54,318 nt of DNA from Oscillospiraceae bacterium (GCA_016296165.1 JAEDJV010000001.1:1-54318), one strand, 5' to 3'; shown: positions 19,859 through 30,079, numbered from the stretch's first letter. The notes: generated from the letters alone by a model not told the origin. Numbers and translations: made by a program.

Positions 19859-19887
19859 TTGACAGTCAATAGTATTTTTGCTATAAT
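19859..19887 (+). promoter_or_regulatory. Consensus sigma-A promoter of the ABC-like operon with palindrome over the -35
   Basis: TTGACA, 17 bp, TG-c-TATAAT; TTGAC-A-GTCAA inverted repeat at 19859-19869. Confidence 0.8.
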
Positions 19888-19965
19888 TTTTAATGAGGTT
19901 TTGTGCGTATTTATAGTGATTTATAAAAACTAAACTGATTATAGTACGAACAGAGGTGAAATTTA

Positions 19966-22887
19966 TTGTTCTGCGTGCTAAAAAAATCTATTAAAGGGAT
20001 TGCCGCTGTTACGTCAGTGACTATGTGTATGTCTGTATTTTTCCGTAACTTGCCTTTGCCTGCGTGTGCAGCTGAGGATACAAATTCTGCTTCAGGCAGC
20101 CAGACTGAGATTCTTTATACGAAACAGATTTCATATGGAGATTATTTTGACGAATATATATCCGTACCTTTTGCTGAAGAAGAAGTAGTGATCAGGGGGA
20201 CTGACTACTTTAAGGCGGAAGACGGGGATTTTTATACAGGTTCCTATGGCAGCGAGGATGATGTAATAAAAAAAGATGTCCTTATCTGGAATTCAGAAAC
20301 GGGTAAGCTTGCATATAGAGTAAATGTTCCTGAGTCAGCTGTTTACAATCTGGCTTTTTCGTATTGTCCTGTTGGATCAGCTGTTACAGCATCAGAATTT
20401 TCACTTTCGATTGACGGTGAATGTCCGTATGATACTGCCTCAAGGCTGGTACTTAACAGGATATGGATGAACGAAAAGGCAATCACCGAGAATAGTCGTG
20501 GAAATCAGATAAGACCATCACAGGTACAGTACAGCAAATGGCTTGAGTCGGATATCATGGATACAGATGGCCTTTTTAATGATCCGCTTATATTTTATCT
20601 GGAAAAGGGTATCCATGAGTTTACTTTTGAAGCCTCCAGAGCGTATATTGCAATCGAATACTTCAAACTTTATCATCAGGAAAAAGCACCGGCTTACAGA
20701 GAATATAAACCTGATGATTCCATACTGAATGAAACAGAATCAACTCTTATAAGAATTGAAGGAGAAAATGCACTTTTTAAGTCGGATTCCACTTTATATC
20801 CTACTTCAGACAACTCGAGCTATCTTGTTTCTCCTGCAAAACCCGGAAAACTTGTTTACAATACTATAGGCGATAACAACTGGAAAAAAGCTTTTCAGTC
20901 AGTAACCTGGGAGATACCGTCTTCAGAGATAAAAACTGACGGGTGGTATAAATTAGGCATAAAGGCAAGACAGCGGTACATGCGTGGTTTTAATTCAAGC
21001 AGACGTATTCGGATAGACGGGAAGGTGCCTTGTCTCGAATTTAATGATGTAAAATTTCCATATGGTACCGGGTGGAGTCTGGTTTCTCCGGAAACGGCAA
21101 ACGGGGAAACGGTGTACGTATATCTCAAAGCCGGAGAAGACCATACTGTTACAATGGAAGCGATTCCGGGTGATATAGGTGCGGCAATGAGACGTCTGGA
21201 ACCGCTGGTCCTTGAACTTAATGAATATTACAGACGGATACTTATGATTACAGGTCCGTCTCCTGACAAGTATACTGATTATAATGTTGACAGGTCATAT
21301 CCGGAACTGGTTGATGATTTTAAAAGAATATCAGGTGAACTTAAGGAACTGAAAAAATATATAGAGGATATGTCAGGCAGCTCCGGTTCAGAGGCGGCAG
21401 GCATAGAACGAATGTATGTCATTCTTGACAAGTGTACGGATAAACCGGCAAGGATACCGTCATATCTTTCTCAGCTCAAGGACAATATAGCAGCAATATC
21501 CTCATGGATGCGTGATTATAAGGATCAGCCTCTTGAAGTGGATTACATAGAGATTGCTTCCGTTGATATGGAGTTTTCTTCTGTTAAGGAGAGTTTCTGG
21601 AAATCTGCCGGTTTCGGATTTCGTTCCTTTTTCGCATCGTTTTTTGAAGACTACAGTATTATATCAGGCGAGAGTGAAAAAAATTCTCTTAACGTCTGGA
21701 TAAATCTTGGACGTGATCAGGCTCTTGCGGTAAAAGAACTTACAGAATCAGATTTCATCCCGGAACATGATATACCGGTAAATCTTAATATAGTTCAGGG
21801 TGGTGTTGTAGAAGCTGCACTTGCCGGAAAAGGACCGGATATTGCCCTTTTTCTTGGCGGTGAGTTTCCGGTAAATCTTGCTGCCAGAGGATTGCTTGAG
21901 GATATGAGCGTAATGGATGGTTTTTCCGACATTAAAAAAAACTTTCATGATGAAGCCACAGTTCAGTACAGTTATAACGGCGGAGTTTACGGAATGCCTC
22001 TTGAACAGTCATTTCCGGTAATGTTTTACCGAAAGGATATTCTTGCAGAACTTGGGATAAATACTCTTCCGGAAACCTGGGATGAACTCACAGACATTCT
22101 CCCCGTACTTCAGAGAAATCACATGTATGCTGGTCTGGTACTTCCGCCGTCAAATATTTCTCCAAGTACCGAACCGGGGCATACTTTTGCTCTCCTTATG
22201 CTGCAAAACGGACAGGGATATTATAATTCTGATATGACAGCAACAAGTTTTGACAGCATAGAGGCTGTTCATGCATTTGAAAAATGGACGGATTTTTACA
22301 CCAGGTACAAGTTTGAACAGGTATATGATCCGTTTAGCAGATTCAGAGACGGAACATATCCGATAGTTATTCAGAACTATACTTTTTTTAATCAACTTAA
22401 GACGGCTTCTCCGGAGCTCAACGGATTGTGGGATTTTACACTGGTACCCGGAACAGTACAGCAGGATGGGAATGTATCTCATGCAGTCAATTCCGGTGGC
22501 AGCGGAGCAGTTATTTTTAGCAGTACAGAAGATAAAAACGCCGCCTGGGAGTTTGTAAAATGGTTTTCATCTACCCGGATTCAGACAGAGTATGGAACCC
22601 TGATAGAGGGACTTCTCGGAACAATGGGAAGATATGCGTCAGCTAATCCGGAAACTCTTGAATCTCTCTCATGGACAAGTGCTGAAACAGAAAAAATACT
22701 TTCTCAGTGGAGTGAACTAAAAGAAATCCCTGTTATTCCGGCTTCATACGCTGTAACACGAAATATAATGACGGCATTCAGAGAAACGGTCAATGATCAT
22801 GCAAATCCACGCGATACAATAATGTGGTATAACAGGAATATTAACTCTGAAATAACAAGAAAGCGTCAGGATCTCGGGCTAAACTGA
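19966..22887 (+). CDS. Very large extracellular solute-binding protein (N-terminal CBM-like beta domains and helical region, C-terminal family-1 sugar-binding domain)
   Basis: Signal peptide; C-terminal GPDIA, VMFYRKDILAELG, PETWDEL, AAWEFVKW typical of carbohydrate SBPs; about 560 aa N-terminal extension; GAGGTG RBS with TTG start. Confidence 0.85.
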   Translation: MFCVLKKSIKGIAAVTSVTMCMSVFFRNLPLPACAAEDTNSASGSQTEILYTKQISYGDYFDEYISVPFAEEEVVIRGTDYFKAEDGDFYTGSYGSEDDVIKKDVLIWNSETGKLAYRVNVPESAVYNLAFSYCPVGSAVTASEFSLSIDGECPYDTASRLVLNRIWMNEKAITENSRGNQIRPSQVQYSKWLESDIMDTDGLFNDPLIFYLEKGIHEFTFEASRAYIAIEYFKLYHQEKAPAYREYKPDDSILNETESTLIRIEGENALFKSDSTLYPTSDNSSYLVSPAKPGKLVYNTIGDNNWKKAFQSVTWEIPSSEIKTDGWYKLGIKARQRYMRGFNSSRRIRIDGKVPCLEFNDVKFPYGTGWSLVSPETANGETVYVYLKAGEDHTVTMEAIPGDIGAAMRRLEPLVLELNEYYRRILMITGPSPDKYTDYNVDRSYPELVDDFKRISGELKELKKYIEDMSGSSGSEAAGIERMYVILDKCTDKPARIPSYLSQLKDNIAAISSWMRDYKDQPLEVDYIEIASVDMEFSSVKESFWKSAGFGFRSFFASFFEDYSIISGESEKNSLNVWINLGRDQALAVKELTESDFIPEHDIPVNLNIVQGGVVEAALAGKGPDIALFLGGEFPVNLAARGLLEDMSVMDGFSDIKKNFHDEATVQYSYNGGVYGMPLEQSFPVMFYRKDILAELGINTLPETWDELTDILPVLQRNHMYAGLVLPPSNISPSTEPGHTFALLMLQNGQGYYNSDMTATSFDSIEAVHAFEKWTDFYTRYKFEQVYDPFSRFRDGTYPIVIQNYTFFNQLKTASPELNGLWDFTLVPGTVQQDGNVSHAVNSGGSGAVIFSSTEDKNAAWEFVKWFSSTRIQTEYGTLIEGLLGTMGRYASANPETLESLSWTSAETEKILSQWSELKEIPVIPASYAVTRNIMTAFRETVNDHANPRDTIMWYNRNINSEITRKRQDLGLN

Positions 22888-22907
22888 CAGGAAAGGAGGC
22901 GTTCGGT

Positions 22908-23816
22908 TTGAAGAGGAAAGCACAGGAGAAAAAAACGAAAAAAATAATGACAAGTGAGTCTAAGGAATGCTGGCTGATGCTTGCACCATTTCTTGTGCTT
23001 TTTGTTGTATTTACTATTATTCCGGTTATAATTTCACTGCCGGTAGGTTTTACAGACTTTGATATGGTAAACAAACCTAAGTTTACAGGCCTTTCAAACT
23101 ACAAGACGCTTTTCCTTTCAGACAGAACTTTTATACATTCTATTCGTGTAACTCTTGTATTTGCACTTTTTTCAGGGCCGGTAAGCTATGTTCTCTGTTT
23201 TTTGCTTGCATGGCTGATAAATGAACTTCCTTCAAAGTTCAAAACTATATTCACCCTTATTTTCTACGCTCCGTCAATGGCAAATGTTTATACGGTCTGG
23301 CAGCTTATTTTCAGCGGTGATCAGTATGGATATATTAATTCATTTCTTCTGAATCTCGGACTTATAACACAGGCAAAGCAGTGGCTGACCGATTCAAGAT
23401 ATATACTTTTTGTGGTTATCATCGTACAGCTATGGATAAGTCTGGGCGCTGGTTTCCTGGCACTCAGGGCAGGATTTCAGAATATAGACAGAAGTCTCTA
23501 TGAGGCCGGAGCGATTGAGGGAATAAAAAACAGATGGCAGGAGCTTATCTACATAACAATTCCTTCTATGAAACCGCAGATGCTGTTTGCGGCTGTTATG
23601 CAGATAGTAGCTGCATTCACAGCTGATATTACAGGCAGAATGCTGGTAGGCTTTCCAAGTACGGATTATGCAGCACATACGATAATGACTCATGCTTATG
23701 ATTACGGATGGGTAAGGTACGAGATGGGTTATTCCTCTGCTATATGTACGATACTTTTTGTGATAATGTATATTGCAAATAAAATAATCACAAAATTTCT
23801 TGCAAAGGAGGACTAG
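22908..23816 (+). CDS. Carbohydrate ABC transporter permease (MalF/UgpA-like)
   Basis: FTGLSNY, EAA loop LYEAGAIEG, ITIPSMKP, EMGYSSA; about 6 TM. Confidence 0.92.
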   Translation: MKRKAQEKKTKKIMTSESKECWLMLAPFLVLFVVFTIIPVIISLPVGFTDFDMVNKPKFTGLSNYKTLFLSDRTFIHSIRVTLVFALFSGPVSYVLCFLLAWLINELPSKFKTIFTLIFYAPSMANVYTVWQLIFSGDQYGYINSFLLNLGLITQAKQWLTDSRYILFVVIIVQLWISLGAGFLALRAGFQNIDRSLYEAGAIEGIKNRWQELIYITIPSMKPQMLFAAVMQIVAAFTADITGRMLVGFPSTDYAAHTIMTHAYDYGWVRYEMGYSSAICTILFVIMYIANKIITKFLAKED

Positions 23817-23817
23817 C

Positions 23818-24690
23818 GTGAATAAAGAAAAAACTCTTAAAGCTACCTCCGGCAGAGCAGGAAAAAAGCATGGCGGGACAGTTGCCATATTTTTGTTTCT
23901 TTTTGTTCTTGGAGCATTTATGGCGCTTCCTGTTTATCTGGCTGTAGTAATGTCACTTAAGCCATCACAGGAATGGTTTATTTTTCCTCCTAAACTCTAT
24001 GCCATGGATCCGACACTTGATAATTTTCGCGATATGTTCAGGGAAACGGGAAAACTATGGGTTCCGTTTTCGCGATATGTGGCAAACAGCGTTATAGTAA
24101 CAGTATCAGTTACAGTAGCTCAGTGTTTTACAGCTTCTATGACAGCTTTTGTTCTTGCAAAGGGGAAATTTAAAGGGAGCAGGCTGCTTAATTCCATAAT
24201 AGTAATCTCTCTTTTGTATCAGAGTAATGTTATATATATTGTTCAGTATATGGTTATTGCAAAACTTGGTATGATTGATACATATCTTGCACTTATACTG
24301 CCTAATATAGCAGCACCTATGAGTGTGTTCCTTATGAGACAGTCAATAAGCCAGATACCTGATTCAATGATTGAAGCTGCTAAGGTTGACGGTGCCGGTA
24401 TGTTTCAAATCTGCTGGCAGATAGTAATGCCGAATCAGAAACCGGCACTTATGACTCTGATTATTTTTGCTTTTCAGGCTGCATGGAATATACAGTCAGG
24501 TACTCTTGTATTTGACGAATCACTCAAGACTCTTCCGGCAGCGGTTTCTCAGGCAGCGGCCGCCGGAATATCAAAGCAGGGTGTTGCGATGGCAGCGGCA
24601 GTATTTATGCTGGTGCCGCCTGTTGTTGTTTTTATGGCAGCGCAGAAGAATGTTATAGAAACTATGGCACATTCCGGTATAAAAGATTAA
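23818..24690 (+). CDS. Carbohydrate ABC transporter permease (MalG/UgpE-like)
   Basis: PTLDNF, IPDSMIEAAKVDGA, IVMPNQKP; GTG 23818 after AGGAGG (track starts at 23800). Confidence 0.92.
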   Translation: MNKEKTLKATSGRAGKKHGGTVAIFLFLFVLGAFMALPVYLAVVMSLKPSQEWFIFPPKLYAMDPTLDNFRDMFRETGKLWVPFSRYVANSVIVTVSVTVAQCFTASMTAFVLAKGKFKGSRLLNSIIVISLLYQSNVIYIVQYMVIAKLGMIDTYLALILPNIAAPMSVFLMRQSISQIPDSMIEAAKVDGAGMFQICWQIVMPNQKPALMTLIIFAFQAAWNIQSGTLVFDESLKTLPAAVSQAAAAGISKQGVAMAAAVFMLVPPVVVFMAAQKNVIETMAHSGIKD

Positions 24691-24715
24691 AAATACTTCA
24701 GAAAGGGTGATACCG

Positions 24716-26194
24716 ATGCAGAAATATAAAAAAATAATTTCATTTATTTCAGCATTTTTTATGCTTTCGTCTGCGTCGGGAGTATCAGCAGCTGAAACGT
24801 ATGATGTTTATAATTATGACCGCTGGGGAGATGCAATTCCTTCTCAGCCCGGATATACCGCTGTAAAAAGCATATCCGGAAAAGATATCGGAGTATCAGA
24901 TTTTTCAGGGATTTCAGATATATTCAGGGCGGAAGATGGTTCTTTTTATATTGCAGATAGCGGAAATAACCGTATTATTGCGGTGAACAGTGATTTTACA
25001 GATAAAAAGAAAGTATATGAAAATTTTGATTATAACGGAAAAATACTCACCTTAAATAATCCGAAGAGTGTTTTTGTATCTGATGATATGATATATATTG
25101 CGGATACGGATAATTCACGTATTATAAGATGTGATTCTGACGGTAAAGCAGATCTTATAATAGAAAAGCCTGATTCTGAACTGTATAAAGCAGTTACTTT
25201 CCTTCCGAAAAAGGTTCTTGCTGACAAGACCGGATATATCTATGCTGTGGTTGACAATATAACAAGCGGTTCGGTTATGTTTAAAAATGATGGTGAATTC
25301 AGCGGATTTTTCGGTGCGAACAGGGTGGAGCAGACAAGTGAGGTTATAAAAAATTATTTCTGGAAACTCTTAGCAAATGAAACTATGAGAAAGTACATGA
25401 CAAATTCTGTTCCGGCCGCAATAACGAGTTTTGATACGGATACAGACGGATTTATATATACCTGTAACAATTCGCTTACAAAGGATGTTGATGCCGTCAA
25501 AAAGGTAAACGCTGCAGGATACAATCTTTTTGCAGACCTTAATGTGGATTTTGGAGATCGTCCTTCAGCTGATTACAGCAATTATCCGCAGAATTCGTTT
25601 GTGGATATCGATATTAGTCCTGACGGCATGATAAACTGCCTGGATTATACAAACGGAAGAATTTTTCAGTATGATGAAGACTGTAATCTGCTGTTTATTT
25701 TCGGAGGAAAAGGATATCAGCTGGGTACGTTTAAACAGGTTTCGGCTATTGAGTCAACGGAAGCGAACGTATATGTTGCTGATTCTCAGAAAAATACCAT
25801 TACTGTGTTTTCGGAAACTGTTTTCGGGGAACTGGTTCATAAGGCAACTGTTCTCTATAATGACGGATATTATGAAGAAGCACTTGAACCATGGTTTGAA
25901 GTGCTGGGGAGAGACGGAAACTACAGACGGGCATTTGTCGGAATATCAAGTGCATATATAAATCAGGGCAGATACAGAGATGCTATGAAATATGCAAAGC
26001 TTGCGGATTCACAGTGGCTTTACAATAAGGCGTTTGAAGGAGCTCGTGAAGAGTATATAAATAAAAATCTTTCCTTTATAGTTGCAGTTGTAATCATTAT
26101 TGCTGCAGGAGCTTTTTTATTGAGATACAGAAAAAAACATGGTTTACATATCAGACAAACGCCTGATGGAATAAAAGGAGATGATGTAAAATGA
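24716..26194 (+). CDS. NHL-repeat beta-propeller protein with TPR-like helices and C-terminal TM anchor
   Basis: Repeats YIADSGNNRI, YIADTDNSRI, YVADSQKN; YEEALEPWFEVL TPR-like segment; signal peptide and C-terminal TM followed by RKKH (track starts at 24707). Confidence 0.85.
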   Translation: MQKYKKIISFISAFFMLSSASGVSAAETYDVYNYDRWGDAIPSQPGYTAVKSISGKDIGVSDFSGISDIFRAEDGSFYIADSGNNRIIAVNSDFTDKKKVYENFDYNGKILTLNNPKSVFVSDDMIYIADTDNSRIIRCDSDGKADLIIEKPDSELYKAVTFLPKKVLADKTGYIYAVVDNITSGSVMFKNDGEFSGFFGANRVEQTSEVIKNYFWKLLANETMRKYMTNSVPAAITSFDTDTDGFIYTCNNSLTKDVDAVKKVNAAGYNLFADLNVDFGDRPSADYSNYPQNSFVDIDISPDGMINCLDYTNGRIFQYDEDCNLLFIFGGKGYQLGTFKQVSAIESTEANVYVADSQKNTITVFSETVFGELVHKATVLYNDGYYEEALEPWFEVLGRDGNYRRAFVGISSAYINQGRYRDAMKYAKLADSQWLYNKAFEGAREEYINKNLSFIVAVVIIIAAGAFLLRYRKKHGLHIRQTPDGIKGDDVK

Positions 26195-26820
26195 TGGACC
26201 TTTCTGAAAAACAGTGGGTAAAACATGCAGTTTTTCATCCTTTTGAGGGATTTGAAGATATGAGATGGAAAAAATCAGGATCCCTGAAAATATCATTTAT
26301 CATTGTTGCTCTTTTTTTTATCGGAACTGTCTGTCAGGATCGTCTGTATGCATTTCATTTCTGGAATTCGTATGATAAAATTTTCAATATTGTTCCGTAT
26401 ATCGTGAAAAGTATCGTTGTGTTTGCAGCGTGGGTAATTGGTAACTGGGCCGTATGCACACTCTTAAACGGTGAAGGAACATTAAAGAGAATCTGTATTT
26501 ACAGTTCCTATTCTTTGATTCCATATGTTTCTTCTCTGTATATTACGACTTTTTTATCGCATTTTCTTATAACTGATGAGGGCGTTTTTCTGTTCTGTAT
26601 TCATTATGCCGGATTACTGTGGTCGGCATTGCTGATGTTCAATGCAGTAAAATCAGTCCATCAGTATTCGGTTCCCAAAACAGCAGCAGCGATAATTCTT
26701 ACAGTTATAGCTATGCTGATAATGATGTTTCTTCTGGTACTTGTGATGTCTCTCTTTCAGAAAGTCGGACTGTTCATTTATTCTGTATATACTGAACTGC
26801 AGTACAGATTCAGAGTGTGA
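26191..26820 (+). CDS. Yip1-family membrane protein
   Basis: HPFEGFEDMRW, GEG..K, YSLIPY motifs, about 5 TM; ATGA overlap with the NHL gene. Confidence 0.82.
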   Translation: MMDLSEKQWVKHAVFHPFEGFEDMRWKKSGSLKISFIIVALFFIGTVCQDRLYAFHFWNSYDKIFNIVPYIVKSIVVFAAWVIGNWAVCTLLNGEGTLKRICIYSSYSLIPYVSSLYITTFLSHFLITDEGVFLFCIHYAGLLWSALLMFNAVKSVHQYSVPKTAAAIILTVIAMLIMMFLLVLVMSLFQKVGLFIYSVYTELQYRFRV

Positions 26821-26834
26821 AGGCGGTGAAGAGT

Positions 26835-29099
26835 ATGAGAATAAAAAGATTTGCTGCAGGTATAACTGCTGCGGCACTTTTCCTCCCTGTGTGCTGTTCA
26901 TGGGCTGAAGAAACAGATGAGGCTGCTGTACAGGATATTTCTGAAGCAGATACTGAAAATGAAGAATCAAAAGATGATGAAGAATCAAAAGATGATGAAG
27001 AATACATATTACGTAGTGAAGAAGAAGTTCTTAAGACTATGAAAAAGGCTTGTGAAAATGAATTTCTAAGACTGTTGTATTCAGAGGAAGAAGATCTTAT
27101 TGCTCTTGAAAACCGCAAAAACGGCTACATATGGTGGTCTTCCCCGATAAATGCTGAAGCTGATGAAAGTGCCAGGGGAACAATAAAAAAGGAACTGGCA
27201 TCTTCGCTCATAATTGTTTACGGTCAGCCTGACGACAGAACCACGTCAACAATGAGGTCCGCCAGAAACGGAAGAATGCAGTACAAAGTTTATGGAGACA
27301 CCCTTGAGGTAACATACAGATTTCCTTCTGCCGGATTCAAAATTCCTGTAAAATATACCTTAAACGATGATTCTCTCAGTGCCAGAATAGATACTTCTGA
27401 GATAGAAGAAACTAAAAAAAATGGGAAAGACAGTATGATTTTACTGGAAATCTCTGTTCTTCCGAATATTACAGATGCCTCCGATACAGAAAAGGGTTAT
27501 TATATTGTTCCGGACGGAAGCGGCGCTGTTATTAATTTTAATAACGGAAAAACAGATTCGCATGTTTACTCTTCAATGGTGTACGGAGACGATGTAACTG
27601 CAGTATCGCTTACAAGTCCGGCTGTTACAGAACAGGTATATCTGCCTCTGTATGCCTCTGTACTGGAAAACGGAAACGGCATGCTCTCCGTTATACATAA
27701 GGGGGATGCGAACGCAAGACTTCAGGCTGCAGTAAGCGGACTTTCAAAGAGCCGATACAATACATGCTGTTCGAGATTTTTAGTCAGAAGTACGGATACA
27801 TATTATATGAACGGGGAGCCTCTTACTGTGTTTGAAAAGGGAGACATATGTACTCCGGAACTTGAAATGAAGTTTTTCCCTATGTATAAAAAAGGACTTG
27901 ATTTTACTGATGCAGCGGCAGTTTACAGAGATTATCTGATAGCTGAAAATGGTGTGAAGAAAAAAGAATCAGATATCTCGCTATGTATTAATCTGTACGG
28001 CGGAGTTCTGAAAAAAGAACCTGTGCTTGGTGTTCCGGTAACCAGAAAAAAGGCGGTTACTACATTTGATCAGGCTCAGACTATAGTTTCGGAACTTATT
28101 GAAAGTGGTGCGGAAAATATAAAAGTGACACTCGATAACTGGACTGATGACGGAATTTCCGGTAAAACTGATTCATCTTCAAAACCTTCTTCTGTACTGG
28201 GCTCGGCTAAGGAATATAAAAATATGAAAAAATATTTTTCCGACAATGAAGTTCTGTTTTATCCTGTTTCAGAAAATATTACTTTCAGAAGCGGGAACGG
28301 ATTCTGGGAATTTACAGATACAGCACTAAGAACATCCGGACAGTATGCCAGACGGATTTTCTATAGTCCGGCATACGGAACACAGGACGGAACGCGAAAG
28401 CCGGTATCACTACTGTCACCGGCGTTGTTTGGGGAAATTTTCGGTAAACTTTCAAAGGGAGAGTTTGAAGGAATATGTACCGGGGACATGACCTCTGTTC
28501 TTTACGGAAGTTATGGAAAAGAAAAGAATACCAGAAACGATGCAATGGAAAGTATTATGGAAGGACTGAACCTTTGTTGTGATGAGGGTATTTCTATATT
28601 TTCAAATAAGGCAAATGCATATGTTCTGGGATATACTGACCATGTCTCCGGGATTCCGGTGACTTCCGGAAAGTTTGATATATTTGACAGGGATATCCCG
28701 TTTTATCAGGCAGTTCTTCATGGGATTATGCCATATTCTACCGCAGCAGTAAACGGAGATACGGATCCGGAAAATCTTATTCTCATGGCTGCCGCTTCAG
28801 GAAGCGGACTCGGTTTTGATATGGTATATGAAGATGTTAGCGAACTTAAGGATACCGAATACAATAAACTTTTTTATGCAGGATACAGTTACTGGACTGA
28901 TACTGCCGCAACCGGCAGCAAATTTGTAAGAGATGTGCTTTCAGGACTTGAGGACGATTATATTACAGGATATAGTCAGGAAGGCGGGCTTATCAGAACT
29001 GTTTACTCTGACGGAACGGAGATAATTACTGATCTTGTTAAGAAAAGTGTTTTAAGGGATGGTAAAGAATTTTTACTGGAAGAATACATATGCGGATAA
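26835..29099 (+). CDS. Secreted DUF5696-like protein (possible glycoside hydrolase-like TIM barrel)
   Basis: Signal peptide; GYIWWSSP, IVPDGSGAVINF, IPFYQAVLHG motifs recalled from DUF5696 proteins (track starts at 26817). Confidence 0.72.
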   Translation: MRIKRFAAGITAAALFLPVCCSWAEETDEAAVQDISEADTENEESKDDEESKDDEEYILRSEEEVLKTMKKACENEFLRLLYSEEEDLIALENRKNGYIWWSSPINAEADESARGTIKKELASSLIIVYGQPDDRTTSTMRSARNGRMQYKVYGDTLEVTYRFPSAGFKIPVKYTLNDDSLSARIDTSEIEETKKNGKDSMILLEISVLPNITDASDTEKGYYIVPDGSGAVINFNNGKTDSHVYSSMVYGDDVTAVSLTSPAVTEQVYLPLYASVLENGNGMLSVIHKGDANARLQAAVSGLSKSRYNTCCSRFLVRSTDTYYMNGEPLTVFEKGDICTPELEMKFFPMYKKGLDFTDAAAVYRDYLIAENGVKKKESDISLCINLYGGVLKKEPVLGVPVTRKKAVTTFDQAQTIVSELIESGAENIKVTLDNWTDDGISGKTDSSSKPSSVLGSAKEYKNMKKYFSDNEVLFYPVSENITFRSGNGFWEFTDTALRTSGQYARRIFYSPAYGTQDGTRKPVSLLSPALFGEIFGKLSKGEFEGICTGDMTSVLYGSYGKEKNTRNDAMESIMEGLNLCCDEGISIFSNKANAYVLGYTDHVSGIPVTSGKFDIFDRDIPFYQAVLHGIMPYSTAAVNGDTDPENLILMAAASGSGLGFDMVYEDVSELKDTEYNKLFYAGYSYWTDTAATGSKFVRDVLSGLEDDYITGYSQEGGLIRTVYSDGTEIITDLVKKSVLRDGKEFLLEEYICG
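26959..27003 (+). repeat. 18-bp in-frame tandem repeat (about 2.5 copies; EESKDD)
   Basis: GAAGAATCAAAAGATGAT twice plus a partial copy. Confidence 0.9.
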
Positions 29100-29134
29100 T
29101 TTTTTCAAACTAACAGAAGGAGTACATCAGACTG

Positions 29135-30043
29135 ATGAAGAAGAAAAAATTCAGACTTTCGTATGAAAAACAGAAAAGACTTTACGGTTACGGATTTTTA
29201 AGTCTGTGGCTTGTCGGAACTTTGCTGTTTTTCATTGTTCCTCTTGCAGAATCATTTCTATATTCATTTCAGAATGTAAATCCGCAGTCCGGCGGAATGA
29301 AGGGCGACTGGGTAGGTTTTAATAATTATTCTGCAGCATTTACAAAGGATCCGTATTTTAGAACATATCTGGTGGATGCTTTGTGGGAAATGGTTCGTAC
29401 AACACCGATTATACTCGTTTTTTCGCTTTTCTCTGCAGTACTGATTAATCAGAAGTTTAAGGGCAGAGCACTTGTAAGAGCGATATTTTTCCTTCCTGTA
29501 ATTGTCGCTTCAGGGCCGGTTTATTCTGTAATAACAGGTGATATGAATACCAGTGGTACGAGTGGAGCAGAGCAGTTTTCTACAGTGTTTGAAACAGATA
29601 TGGTCACAGAACTGCTTGAGTTTACAGGCATATATGGTCTTAATCAGACGCTTACAGAAAATATTAAACTTGCTATAGATAGCATATTTGCGATCGTCTG
29701 GAAATCTGGAATACAGATACTGATTTTTCTGGCGGCACTTCAGAACATTCCCTCTTCAGCAAGAGAAGCAGCTCAGATAGAAGGTGCTACAGCCTGGGAG
29801 TATTTCTGGAAAATAACCTTTCCCTATGTAAGTCCTATGATAATTGCCAACCTTATTTTTACGGTCATTGATACGTTTACTGATTCAGGAAACAAAGTAA
29901 TGATGCGTATTATAGCGATGCAGAGCGACTGGAAATACGGTGTGGCAGCAGCTATGGTGTGGTCATATTTTGCTGTAGTAATGATTATTGTCGGTATACT
30001 TTTCCTCATAGTCAACAGATATGTCTATTATGAAAATGACTAA
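29135..30043 (+). CDS. Carbohydrate ABC transporter permease (second MalF-like)
   Basis: VGFNNY, RAIFFLPV, IPSSAREAAQIEGA, KITFPYVSP. Confidence 0.92.
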   Translation: MKKKKFRLSYEKQKRLYGYGFLSLWLVGTLLFFIVPLAESFLYSFQNVNPQSGGMKGDWVGFNNYSAAFTKDPYFRTYLVDALWEMVRTTPIILVFSLFSAVLINQKFKGRALVRAIFFLPVIVASGPVYSVITGDMNTSGTSGAEQFSTVFETDMVTELLEFTGIYGLNQTLTENIKLAIDSIFAIVWKSGIQILIFLAALQNIPSSAREAAQIEGATAWEYFWKITFPYVSPMIIANLIFTVIDTFTDSGNKVMMRIIAMQSDWKYGVAAAMVWSYFAVVMIIVGILFLIVNRYVYYEND

Positions 30044-30079
30044 AACATATTACTATAAAAACAACGAAAGGTACCTGTT

